Positions 33,460 to 42,386 of a DNA stretch of 64,000 nt are shown here, one piece after another. Made by a program: the position numbers and the translations under genes. Every line of letters starts with the position of its first letter. The first letter of the stretch is position 1. Origin of the DNA: a bacterium (GTDB lineage: Bacteria; Patescibacteriota; Microgenomatia; UBA1406; GWC2-37-13); NCBI GenBank assembly GCA_021789995.1, contig JAJYIQ010000003.1:7767-71766 (forward strand), given 5' to 3'. The notes beneath the pieces are model-generated. The model saw only the letters and a list, made by a program, of their open reading frames with translations, did no database searches and was not told where the DNA came from.

Positions 33460-34983
33460 TTACCCCTCATCGTGCGTTCGAAATTGTAGAGCCTCGGCAA
33501 TATAAGGAAGCCGTATCTCTTCCGTATTATTAATATCGGCAATTGTCTGGGCAATTTTTATGGTTTTAAAATATGATCGGGCCGACAGGGAAAGTTTGAC
33601 AATCGCCTGTTTCAGCAAATCGGCCGCTTCCTTTTCCAACCGACAGAACTTTTTGATATCGGCGGTACTCATTTCGCCGTTTGTTTGAATACCTGCCTTT
33701 TTTAAACGTTGTTTTTGCCGTTCCCGGGCGGCCATTACTCGGGCCCGGACGGCGGCGCTTGATTCGGCGCTAAACTCGGCAGTCAGCTTTTCTTCATCGA
33801 CTGGTGGGACATCAACATGAAGATCGATTCGGTCAAGAAGCGGTCCAGACAACTTTTTCTTGTATTGCAAAATGCTTCCGGGCAGACACCGGCAATATCT
33901 TTTCGGGTGGCCCAAATAACCGCAGGGACAAGGATTGGACGCTGCCAGAAGCAGAAACCGGGAGGGAAAAGTCAGGCTGCCGGCGGCGCGGGAAATCGTA
34001 ACCATTCCATCCTCAAGCGGCTGGCGCAAGGCTTCGATCACCGACCGGGGAAATTCCGGTAGTTCATCCATAAATAATACTCCCCGGTGGGCCAAGGAAA
34101 TCTCCCCCGGCGCCGGACTGGTACCACCACCAATTAAACCGATACGCGAAGTCGTATGGTGCGGTGACCGGAACGGCCGTTTGGCGATAAAATATTGCTG
34201 CTGTAATAAACCGGCAATCGAATAAATTTTCGTCACTTCCACCATTTCTTTTTTTTCCATTGGTGGCAGGATCGACGGGAATGCCCGCGACAGAAGTGTT
34301 TTGCCGGCGCCGGGCGGCCCTTTGAGGTGGACATTGTGCATCCCGGCAGCAGCGATTTCGAGCGCCCACTTAGCCTGTTCTTGGCCGCGGATATCTTCAA
34401 AAACACTATCGAAAACGCCATCGGCAGCAAGCGCGGATAATTGTTTGACGGCTGCTTTCTCGAGCGTTTTTTGGTGGTTGAGAAACAGGATGAGATCAAT
34501 TAGGTTATGAATGGGATAAACATCTATGTTTTCGATCAGAGTCGCCTCGTCAGCGTTTTGAGCAGAAACAAATAAACGTTTTATCTTTTCCTTTTTCGCC
34601 AACAAGGCAATCGGCAATACACCGGTGACCCGCCGCAGTTTTCCTTCCAGTGATAATTCACCTAAGAATAGGCTGTCGGTAAGCATTTCCTTATCGACCA
34701 TGCCGGCGGCTGCCAATATACCGATGGCAATCGGCAAGTCAAAACCGCTGCCTTCTTTCGGAATATCGGCCGGCGCCAAGTTAATCGTCATCCGGGAGTC
34801 AGGCATGGCAAAATCCGCATTGACGATCGCCGTCCGAACTCTTTCTTTCGCTTCATCGATCGCTTTATTGGGCAAGCCGACAATCATAAACGTAGGAAAT
34901 CCCCGGTTGGCGACATCCACTTCCACCTCAATAAGTACCCCGTCCAAACCGATTGTCGCACCCGACAGTACTTTGGCTAACAT
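33460..34983 (-). CDS. comM: YifB/ComM-family Mg-chelatase-like AAA+ ATPase
   Basis: Start moved to MLAKVLSGATIGLDG. Has a Lon-like N-domain, Walker A GPPGAGKT, Walker B VLFMDEL, and a Cys cluster NPCPCGY...CRC. Confidence 0.9.
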   Translation of the reverse strand: MLAKVLSGATIGLDGVLIEVEVDVANRGFPTFMIVGLPNKAIDEAKERVRTAIVNADFAMPDSRMTINLAPADIPKEGSGFDLPIAIGILAAAGMVDKEMLTDSLFLGELSLEGKLRRVTGVLPIALLAKKEKIKRLFVSAQNADEATLIENIDVYPIHNLIDLILFLNHQKTLEKAAVKQLSALAADGVFDSVFEDIRGQEQAKWALEIAAAGMHNVHLKGPPGAGKTLLSRAFPSILPPMEKKEMVEVTKIYSIAGLLQQQYFIAKRPFRSPHHTTSRIGLIGGGTSPAPGEISLAHRGVLFMDELPEFPRSVIEALRQPLEDGMVTISRAAGSLTFPSRFLLLAASNPCPCGYLGHPKRYCRCLPGSILQYKKKLSGPLLDRIDLHVDVPPVDEEKLTAEFSAESSAAVRARVMAARERQKQRLKKAGIQTNGEMSTADIKKFCRLEKEAADLLKQAIVKLSLSARSYFKTIKIAQTIADINNTEEIRLPYIAEALQFRTHDEG

Positions 34984-35060
34984 ACAATACCACCATAACA
35001 TGATTTAAGGAATTTGTCAGTCGCTTATATGCGACAAATAAAGGTGATAAAATATATAGT

Positions 35061-35567
35061 ATGCGACAAATCAGGAAAAAAGCTACGCTGATAAAAGTGG
35101 TCATTTTCAGTCTGGCATTTGCTTATCTGGAAGCGGCCGTCGTCATTTACCTGCGACAGCTTATTAGCGCCAGTCATCCGGAAATCGACCGTAGCGCTAT
35201 CCTTCTGCTTCTGCCGGGCATTGCCTTTCTGCAGCCGAAATCAGTCCTTGATATAATCAACAACAGCCAGCTATTACAGATTGAACTTATGCGCGAATCG
35301 GCTACCCTCATTATGCTGGCGATGATCGCCTCGATCGCCGGCAAAAAAATCGGCCGGAAAATCGCTTTTTTCTTTTTCAGCTTTGCTATCTGGGACCTTT
35401 TCTATTACGTTTTCCTTAAACTGGTCATCAACTGGCCCACTTCCTGGACGGATATCGATATTTTTTTTCTGCTGCCTGTCCCCTGGCTCGGCCCCGTCTT
35501 TGTACCGGTAATTATCTCCACCCTGCTTATTATCGGGACGTCGTGGTATTTGGTAAAAAGTGAGTGA
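35061..35567 (+). CDS. hypothetical polytopic membrane protein
   Basis: Four to five hydrophobic helices. No motif recognised. Confidence 0.45.
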   Translation: MRQIRKKATLIKVVIFSLAFAYLEAAVVIYLRQLISASHPEIDRSAILLLLPGIAFLQPKSVLDIINNSQLLQIELMRESATLIMLAMIASIAGKKIGRKIAFFFFSFAIWDLFYYVFLKLVINWPTSWTDIDIFFLLPVPWLGPVFVPVIISTLLIIGTSWYLVKSE

Positions 35568-35568
35568 T

Positions 35569-35886
35569 CTATTTATTTTTCTTAGAAGATTCCTTCAGCT
35601 CCAGCCGTTTGAACCAGCTGCGGATATAGAGGACAGCAATGACGGCGTAGACGGCGATATCGATCCATGTTTCTTCGATTGATTCGTTGACCGGTTTTTG
35701 GTTGACGCTAATAATATGTTTTAATCGGTTCAGTTTATCGCTTACCCGGAAAGCGATCCCGAGCTCGCCGGTATCAAGAATATTCCCTTTACCGTAATCT
35801 TTATGTTTCTTGACAAATACGGCAAGCATTTCCTGACAAACCTGCATAAAAGCATCTTCTAGGGATTGCGGCTCTTTCATGAGCAA
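35569..35886 (-). CDS. DUF1599-like protein
   Basis: KKHKDYGKGNI...GIAFRVSDKLNRLKHI resembles DUF1599 (Nmad-type) proteins as I recall them. A hydrophobic C-terminal helix is present. Confidence 0.45.
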   Translation of the reverse strand: MLMKEPQSLEDAFMQVCQEMLAVFVKKHKDYGKGNILDTGELGIAFRVSDKLNRLKHIISVNQKPVNESIEETWIDIAVYAVIAVLYIRSWFKRLELKESSKKNK

Positions 35887-35887
35887 A

Positions 35888-37699
35888 TTATACCACAGGC
35901 GGAGACGTCGGTGGAATCGGTGGCATTGGCGGAGGGGCAGTCTGTCTTTTTTTCAAGAAATAAACAACAATGATGATGGCAACAATAATAATCAGGAAAC
36001 TAAGGGCAGCCGCCAGTAAGCCGGCATTGCCGGCCGCCATGCCGGCGACACTCGCTGTCGGCGAAACAACAGGGTTGCCCGCCACAGCCGGTGGAACTTG
36101 GCTGGCTGGATTATGAACCGCGCCATTTTTATCCTTATAACCGTAAAGATTTTCGTGTTGAGCAGTTATATAATCGGCATTTTCGGCAATGAATTTCGAC
36201 GGCGCTACCGTGACCGGCGCTCCCCCGCTTGCCGGCGTATATTTAACATTGTAGGCCATATCCGGCAGGTATTCCGACGAGATAACAAAATATCCTTTAT
36301 CATCAGTTTGTACCTCGTAAGCCGGTTTACTGGAAGAATTCAGATAGACGCCGACCGTCGCATTTGGCATAATCTGGCCGCCGGCGCTATAAGCATAGCC
36401 TTGCAGATAATTAGGAATCGGCTCAACCGAGAAAACCGTCGGTTTGGTAGTCGTATCAACCGCCGTCAGTTGATTGTAATTTGGTTTGATCAATTCAATG
36501 TCGCCAACCATTTCCGTTGGCTCCAGTTTGCTCATATCGATTTTGATTTCAAATTGACCCTGTTTATTGGCCTGGAAAGTCGCCAACAATCTCGTCCGGA
36601 CGAAACCGCTGGGATCGGTCGCACTTGGTTTTTTCCCGTAAACGTTGATTCTGGTCAACGGATGTGATACCCGTCCCTGAATAATAAATGCGTTGGCTGT
36701 TTTATCAAGCATGGAAAAATACGCTATCAATTTTACCGGTGCCGTGTAAGGTACGGTTTTCGAATCAAGAGGAATATCGCGGTGCTGGATTGCCCCCTGC
36801 TGGACAATGTCCTCGCCGTGATAAATATCGGAATAAATTTGGGAATAGTTATTATTAAGTTTTGTCGGGACGCTGGGGAAAGTAAAATTGGCGGCAGCGG
36901 CGTCTAATTTATATGTTCCATCGGGAACAAAAAACGAAAAAGCACCGCCATCGTCGGTATAAACCGGGTTAAGCAGCGATGCGAATTCCTGGCCGGTTGC
37001 CAGACTGTAAGTGCCGGTGGTTCCTTTTTGGAAAAGACTAACTTTAACGCCGGGAATAGGCTCCAGACTTTGACTATCAAAAACAATCCCGTACGGATCC
37101 CAAGATATGGCGATGCAGTGGGCAGCCGCGCCTTCAAAGGTGAATGTTCCCTGCTGCTGACCGCCGGCGCCGGGAGCAGTGCTGGTTGCGTTGACAAAAT
37201 TCAATGCTAAAAACCTTCGGCCAACACCTTTTGGTGAAGCATCGGTCCATTGTATCGGTTCGACTAATTGATTGGTTCCCCCGGCCCCCATCGGCGCAGT
37301 TAGTTTGCCTTGATCGTTGGAAACAATCTTATCCTTGGGCACCGGTTGACCATTAAAGCTAAATCCCAACTGTTGATAACCGCCAGTCGCCGTCGACTGT
37401 TTTAATCGGGTAAGGCCATCATAACCGACTGTTTGCTGATCTAAAGCCGAATTACCGGTCGTACAAACATTTCCCAACTCGGTAGCAAGACAGTCAAAAA
37501 TGTAAGTTTTGGAATTAGGTGGCACCGGATCATCGGCTTTAGTCGTCAGTTTAACGGTATGACCCTGGCCGTTAGCAGTTGTATATTCCGTATTTAAACA
37601 ATGCCATTGTTGGGCCTCTATTGCGGTTGCCGCCAAAATCGTAGGATGATAAATCAAAAAAGACAGAAAAACAATTAATCCGAATAAAAACTTTTTCAT
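35888..37699 (-). CDS. large cell-surface protein with a C-terminal TM anchor and a Pro-rich tail
   Basis: Start moved to MKKFLFGLIVFLSFLIYHPTILA (signal peptide). Has prealbumin/CarboxypepD_reg-like segments (YGIVFDSQSLEPIPGVKVSLF; VPDGTYKL). The C-terminus is LLAAALSFLIIIVAIIIVVYFLKKRQTAPPPMPPIPPTSPPVV. Confidence 0.6.
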   Translation of the reverse strand: MKKFLFGLIVFLSFLIYHPTILAATAIEAQQWHCLNTEYTTANGQGHTVKLTTKADDPVPPNSKTYIFDCLATELGNVCTTGNSALDQQTVGYDGLTRLKQSTATGGYQQLGFSFNGQPVPKDKIVSNDQGKLTAPMGAGGTNQLVEPIQWTDASPKGVGRRFLALNFVNATSTAPGAGGQQQGTFTFEGAAAHCIAISWDPYGIVFDSQSLEPIPGVKVSLFQKGTTGTYSLATGQEFASLLNPVYTDDGGAFSFFVPDGTYKLDAAAANFTFPSVPTKLNNNYSQIYSDIYHGEDIVQQGAIQHRDIPLDSKTVPYTAPVKLIAYFSMLDKTANAFIIQGRVSHPLTRINVYGKKPSATDPSGFVRTRLLATFQANKQGQFEIKIDMSKLEPTEMVGDIELIKPNYNQLTAVDTTTKPTVFSVEPIPNYLQGYAYSAGGQIMPNATVGVYLNSSSKPAYEVQTDDKGYFVISSEYLPDMAYNVKYTPASGGAPVTVAPSKFIAENADYITAQHENLYGYKDKNGAVHNPASQVPPAVAGNPVVSPTASVAGMAAGNAGLLAAALSFLIIIVAIIIVVYFLKKRQTAPPPMPPIPPTSPPVV

Positions 37700-37738
37700 A
37701 AGAGTCTTTAAATTAAAGATAACATACCTTAAAAACAT

Positions 37739-37767
37739 TTGTCAAGCAATAGAAAATATATTATGAT
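37739..37767 (+). promoter_or_regulatory. sigma70-like promoter candidate for the 37786 operon
   Basis: TTGTCA-N17-TATGAT in the 86-bp divergent intergenic region (measured from the revised 37699 start of the minus-strand gene). Confidence 0.3.
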
Positions 37768-37785
37768 GAATTTAACCAAATATCT

Positions 37786-38427
37786 ATGAAACGAGCTCTT
37801 TATTTTATCTTAAGCCTACTTGTAGTTTTTACCGCCTATCATCTTTGTACTCAACCGGTTTATGCTGTTCAGTACGATCTGATCGCGCCATCCGGACAGC
37901 TGACGCGCGGCAGCGACATTCAATTTACGGTCACAATTGACACCCAGGGAGAAACGGTCAGTACAGTTTCGATCGGAATGGTTTATGACAAAAGTATTTT
38001 GCAGTATGAAAAAACCGATCCCGGCAATACGTTTACGACCGTTTCCGCCACCCAGTCCGATGGCGGTCCAAGCAACGTCGGCAACGCTTCGTTTTCCCAA
38101 AGCGCCAACATCATTTTTAACGCTACCAGCGATACCGGCTATTCCGGCAGCGGTAATTTTGCCGTCGTCACTTTCAAACTGATTGCTACCGCTTCGGGTA
38201 GTACCAGCCTTTGCGTTCTTTTTAATCCGACAACGTCGCCAACAACTGCCCCCACCGCAGTACCAACAACACCCGGGGCAGCGCCAACAGCCTTACCCCG
38301 AACCGGCGCTATCGATAAAACTGATCAAGCGGCCGTTGCCGGGATCGCCTTTCTACTGGCGGCCGGGGCCGGCGTAATTATCGGAAAAAGGTTGACTCCT
38401 CACCGCCATCCTCGGTTGCATAAATAA
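37786..38427 (+). CDS. cohesin-like domain surface protein with an LPXTG-type sorting signal
   Basis: Signal peptide, a beta-rich domain (FTVTIDTQGETVSTVSIGMVYDKSILQY...GNFAVVTFKLIATASG), and a Thr/Pro linker. The C-terminus then has LPRTG, a hydrophobic helix and a basic tail (KRLTPHRHPRLHK). Confidence 0.6.
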   Translation: MKRALYFILSLLVVFTAYHLCTQPVYAVQYDLIAPSGQLTRGSDIQFTVTIDTQGETVSTVSIGMVYDKSILQYEKTDPGNTFTTVSATQSDGGPSNVGNASFSQSANIIFNATSDTGYSGSGNFAVVTFKLIATASGSTSLCVLFNPTTSPTTAPTAVPTTPGAAPTALPRTGAIDKTDQAAVAGIAFLLAAGAGVIIGKRLTPHRHPRLHK

Positions 38428-38442
38428 ACTTTTTTCTCTATC

Positions 38443-40818
38443 ATGAATTTAATGAGAAAAATTGCTCTCTTATTATTGTTGATTTATGGTTTTTTTCAAA
38501 TAGCTTCAATCAATCGTGTTCTTGCCGCTGACGCCCCGACACCGACTCCCGACCTGGCAAATATTCCCATCACCTGCGGCTGTCCGCCGGAGTTAGACTC
38601 AATTTATTTACAACAACAAAATGCCGAAAAAGGTCATGACGTATGTATTGCCAGTCCGAAAGGAGAATACGGTGCCGATGCTTACGAGACTTTTAAAAAA
38701 GACCCCGTTCATAATCATCTCTGGGTCGAAGATGCGACAATCACCGCCCAGGGGAAAGCCGATGAACGGGCACGTCAATTTATTTACTGGGTATTGACGC
38801 ATCCGGCTCTTGATAATAATCCGGTGCTGGTACACGTCTGGGCGGCGGCCCGGAATGTCGCTTATTTTTTTGTCCTAATTATCGGGGCGATAATGGGCTT
38901 GGGAATCATTATCAACCGGCGCAGCAATTTTAGTTCCTCGGTTAAAGTCTGGCCTTCAATTTGGAAAATTCTGCTTGTCCTTTTATATATTTCTTTTTCC
39001 GCCACCATTGTTATTACGTTAATTCAGTTATCGGAAGTGCTGATGAAATTTTTTATTGAGAATCTGGGTGGAAAAGACCTCTTCCAGATTTATTTCAGCG
39101 GTACCAATACGGAAAGTAGTTATCTGAATTTTGTCGGTTGCCGCGATTTGAATATCCGCGTCCAAGAACAAGTCGGCAACCAATTAATGCTCGCTAAAAT
39201 AACCAATATCACATATTATGTTATGGGCGGAATGATCCTTTTGCGAAAAGTGCTTTTATGGTTTCTTCTTTTTGCCTCGCCGTTTTTGGGAATTCTCATA
39301 CCATTTGTCTTTATCCGCAACATCGGTTGGATTTGGATTGGAGTGTTTTTACAATGGATATTCTACGGCCCGTTGTTGGCATTATTTTTAGGCGGCTTAG
39401 CCGCCATTTGGCACTCCGGTATTCCTTTCCCTTTTGATTTTTCCCGAGTAAATCAGGTTTCCGGTTACGTCTACCCGACTGCGACCGACATCGCTTTTGC
39501 CGGCCCGGCTCAAAACTGGATGATTTCGGATAAAGTCACCAACAATCTTAATTACATTGATACTTACGCCGAATATATTATTACCCTGCTCATGTTGTGG
39601 GCGGTGACTTTCTTTCCCTGGTGGCTGCTGCGGATTTTCCGCGATTATTGCTGTGACGCCATTAATGCTTCGAAAAATATATTAATGTCGATGTATGACC
39701 AGATGCGCGGCGGCCCGCAGCCTTCGGCGCCCACTCCGACGCCGGCACCAACCAATATCGGCGTGGCAATGAAAATTCCCCAATCGGTGCAAATCCCGAT
39801 CAAGGTGAAACTGGAGACGATGGAAGAAATCAAAAAGACAAAAACGGAAGACATCACCCGGTCGCTCAATATCAAAGCATCAACCCTGACTGACGTCGCT
39901 CATTTCGAAACCAATAAAGAACTGAATAAAACAGTCAATAAAAACATCAACTACCTGCAAAATCCGACACAGGCGGAAACGGCAACCGAACGGCAAAAAT
40001 ATATGAATATCCGAACCGAGCTTTTCAACCGGGCGGTCAAAGACGATGTCGTCGCCAAACAAGTCCTGACATCCATCTCCTCTTCCCATGTCGAACAGGT
40101 CGCCAAACGCCAGGAAATGCTTAAGACAATTTCCCAAATGGTACCGGTCACCAAATTGGAGCAAATCAAAATCAAGACGAACGATATCGATATCCCTGTA
40201 CCAACCGCTAAGCTGGAGCAGGTAAAACTCAAAACCGGTGAAATCAAAGTACAAATCCCGGTCAAAACACCGGAAAAAAGCATTGAACAAATAATTCCGT
40301 TGCCGCCGACGGTGCCGATCGAAGAATATGAACAAGTCAAGCGGATGTGGAAAGAACAGTACGAAAAAGGGGAAGTACCGACAACGGAAAATATCAAAAG
40401 CCGTGAAGCCTGGGTCGATCAGGATATTGTCTTTATTACCAACACATTAAACAAACTTTTCTCTTCCGATGAAAAAATCAAACAGGCCGGACTGGATGAT
40501 GTCGGCTACATCCTGCCGATATTTTTAGTCAATAATTTGAAAGGTGATCAGCTGGTTGTCTATCTGAAAGCAAAAGTCGAAGCAGCAAAAGAAGTTAAAG
40601 AAATGAAAGAAAAAGAAAAGGAAATTACGGAAAAATTGACAGCCGAAGCTGCTGAAGAATTTGCCACGGTCGCCAAACCGAAGGAACAAAAGGCGGAAAA
40701 AACAATGGAAATGAAAGAAGAGATTAAAGACGAAGTCAAGCCGGAAGAAACTAAACCTGAAGCAGAGCCTTCGGAAAACGGGTCAAAACCGCCGCCTGAT
40801 CAGACGCATCAACCATAA
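38443..40818 (+). CDS. 791-aa polytopic membrane protein with a long charged C-terminal region (possible VirB6/TrbL-like)
   Basis: Signal peptide, a Cys-containing extracytoplasmic domain, about 7 TM helices, then a K/E-rich tail with a tandem KLEQ(I/V)K(I/L)KT repeat. The VirB6-like call rests only on topology and the pilin neighbours. Confidence 0.5.
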   Translation: MNLMRKIALLLLLIYGFFQIASINRVLAADAPTPTPDLANIPITCGCPPELDSIYLQQQNAEKGHDVCIASPKGEYGADAYETFKKDPVHNHLWVEDATITAQGKADERARQFIYWVLTHPALDNNPVLVHVWAAARNVAYFFVLIIGAIMGLGIIINRRSNFSSSVKVWPSIWKILLVLLYISFSATIVITLIQLSEVLMKFFIENLGGKDLFQIYFSGTNTESSYLNFVGCRDLNIRVQEQVGNQLMLAKITNITYYVMGGMILLRKVLLWFLLFASPFLGILIPFVFIRNIGWIWIGVFLQWIFYGPLLALFLGGLAAIWHSGIPFPFDFSRVNQVSGYVYPTATDIAFAGPAQNWMISDKVTNNLNYIDTYAEYIITLLMLWAVTFFPWWLLRIFRDYCCDAINASKNILMSMYDQMRGGPQPSAPTPTPAPTNIGVAMKIPQSVQIPIKVKLETMEEIKKTKTEDITRSLNIKASTLTDVAHFETNKELNKTVNKNINYLQNPTQAETATERQKYMNIRTELFNRAVKDDVVAKQVLTSISSSHVEQVAKRQEMLKTISQMVPVTKLEQIKIKTNDIDIPVPTAKLEQVKLKTGEIKVQIPVKTPEKSIEQIIPLPPTVPIEEYEQVKRMWKEQYEKGEVPTTENIKSREAWVDQDIVFITNTLNKLFSSDEKIKQAGLDDVGYILPIFLVNNLKGDQLVVYLKAKVEAAKEVKEMKEKEKEITEKLTAEAAEEFATVAKPKEQKAEKTMEMKEEIKDEVKPEETKPEAEPSENGSKPPPDQTHQP

Positions 40819-41827
40819 CGGTATCTTCGACCCTCATCCCGTATTTTCCCGGTAAGTAAATTCCCGGTTCAATCGTAAATACCTGGCCGGCCCTGACGAT
40901 ATCCGTTGATTGAGCTGATAATTTCGGATATTCATGAATTTCCAATCCGACGCCATGTCCCAACGAATGGGTAAAACTCTGGTGACGCCGGGAATACTCA
41001 TCCAGTTTTTTGGCCGGCTCGCCGATTTCAATTTGGTCGATCGTTTCCGCCTGCAATTTTCGCAACTGATTATAAACGTTAATCATTTCCGTGTCGGGAT
41101 TGATAAACACCATCCGGGTAATATCCGACCGGTAATCGGCATATTTTGCCCCGAAATCGATAAGGACAACCGAATGCTTTTCCACCTTGCCAGCGCCGTC
41201 TTTGGTCGAATAATGGGGAACGGCCGAATTTTGATTGACGGCAACAATCGGGTCAAACGCCAGATCGTATCCGTGCTTTTTTAGCCACATTTCCAGCCGG
41301 AAAGCAATCTCCTTTTCTGTCTGTCCGACTTTAATTGTTCTTATTATTTCGGTAAGGCACTGGTCGGTGACCGTACAGGCTTTTTGGATTTTTCTAATTT
41401 CTTCGTCATTTTTTATTTCTCGGATTCTGATAATCAAATTATTGACCGCTACCAATCTGACCGACGGAAACGTCTTTTGCAATTTTTCGTATTCGTCAAC
41501 GTGCAGATCTTCGGCCTCAACTGCCAACGATTGGATTTTTTCTGCAGTTATAATATCCGATAAATGCCTCATGACGCTTTTCTCCGGCGCGATCAATTTT
41601 AATTGAAGATTGGAAATTGAAAATTGAAAATTTTTACCGAAGTATCGGCCATCGGTAAATAAATACATATTGTTTTTAGTGACTAAAACGAATGCTTCCC
41701 GTTCATCGGCCGTCAGTGTTTTGAAACCAGTAAGATAAAGGATGTTGTAGAAACTGGAAACCAGTAAGACATCGGTTTTCAATTCCGCCATTTTTTTTCG
41801 TAATTTCCGGATTCGATTGTTTTCCAT
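40751..41827 (-). CDS. Xaa-Pro aminopeptidase (M24B family)
   Basis: Creatinase-like N-domain plus a pita-bread C-domain containing HSLGHGVGLEIHEYP and MRVEDTV. Confidence 0.85.
   Translation of the reverse strand: MENNRIRKLRKKMAELKTDVLLVSSFYNILYLTGFKTLTADEREAFVLVTKNNMYLFTDGRYFGKNFQFSISNLQLKLIAPEKSVMRHLSDIITAEKIQSLAVEAEDLHVDEYEKLQKTFPSVRLVAVNNLIIRIREIKNDEEIRKIQKACTVTDQCLTEIIRTIKVGQTEKEIAFRLEMWLKKHGYDLAFDPIVAVNQNSAVPHYSTKDGAGKVEKHSVVLIDFGAKYADYRSDITRMVFINPDTEMINVYNQLRKLQAETIDQIEIGEPAKKLDEYSRRHQSFTHSLGHGVGLEIHEYPKLSAQSTDIVRAGQVFTIEPGIYLPGKYGMRVEDTVMVDASDQAAVLTRFPKALLQV
41601..41635. repeat. 5 x 7-bp AT-rich tandem heptamer (AATTGAA-like) inside the aminopeptidase ORF
   Basis: aattgaa gattgga aattgaa aattgaa aattttt. 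It encodes NFQFSISNLQL on the minus strand. Confidence 0.8.
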
Positions 41828-41847
41828 ATCTGTTAAAATTATACTTT

Positions 41848-42384
41848 ATGAAATATTATACCGACAAACTCTATCTCGCCCAGGTCGATAAAAATGATAA
41901 TGTCACCGGTCAAGTCGAACGCTGGGAAGCGCATAAAAAAGGCATTCTTCACCGTGGCTTCACCGTCATTTTATTTTATGGGGACAAAATCGTTCTCCAG
42001 CACCGCCGTCACCCGGCCTTCGATAAATTTTGGGACCTGTCCTTTTCCTCCCACCAGATATATAAGAACAATTCTTTGCAAAACAACCGGGAAGCAATCG
42101 GCGAGACTTTAAAACGGGAATGGAACATTGACAAAAATGGGTTAAAACGGGCGGTGCAATTTCTGGGAAAAATTTACTACCGGGCGAAAGACCCAAACAG
42201 TATTTATACCGAACACGAATTTGATTATATCTACTCCGCCGAATTAAAAAACACACCAAACCCTAACTCAAATTACGCTTACGGTTTTGAGCTGATTGAT
42301 AATTCTGAATTCTCAATTCTAAATTCTAAATTCTCTTTGACTCCCTGGGTTGAAAAAATCATCGCGGAAATCGCTATAATATAG
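41848..42384 (+). CDS. Nudix-fold protein, type-1 isopentenyl-diphosphate isomerase-like
   Basis: HKKGILHRGFTVILF...LQHRRHPAFDKFWDLSFSSHQ...TEHEF parallels Idi blocks (LHxAFS, RRxxxKxxWP, ENE). The position of the catalytic Cys reads Ser, so the activity is uncertain. Confidence 0.55.
   Translation: MKYYTDKLYLAQVDKNDNVTGQVERWEAHKKGILHRGFTVILFYGDKIVLQHRRHPAFDKFWDLSFSSHQIYKNNSLQNNREAIGETLKREWNIDKNGLKRAVQFLGKIYYRAKDPNSIYTEHEFDYIYSAELKNTPNPNSNYAYGFELIDNSEFSILNSKFSLTPWVEKIIAEIAII
42301..42335. repeat. 5 x 7-bp tandem heptamer AATTCTN inside the Nudix/IDI-like ORF
   Basis: aattctg aattctc aattcta aattcta aattctc. It encodes NSEFSILNSKFS. Confidence 0.85.
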
Positions 42385-42386
42385 AA

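Noticed and set aside
36098-36667. 189-aa ORF antisense to the large surface protein gene
   Set aside because: Arg-rich shadow frame. The sense ORF has a signal peptide, repeats and an anchor.
40751-40818. 68-bp convergent overlap of the 791-aa membrane protein and the aminopeptidase as a regulatory antisense feature
   Set aside because: Both ORF ends are plausible (a low-complexity tail versus a conserved M24 C-terminus). Short convergent overlaps are common in compact genomes, and nothing further supports a function.
41601-42335. Heptamer arrays or the 9-bp TTATAAC repeats as CRISPR-like arrays
   Set aside because: The units are 7-9 bp, directly tandem with no spacers, and only 3-5 copies long. 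No cas genes are present.
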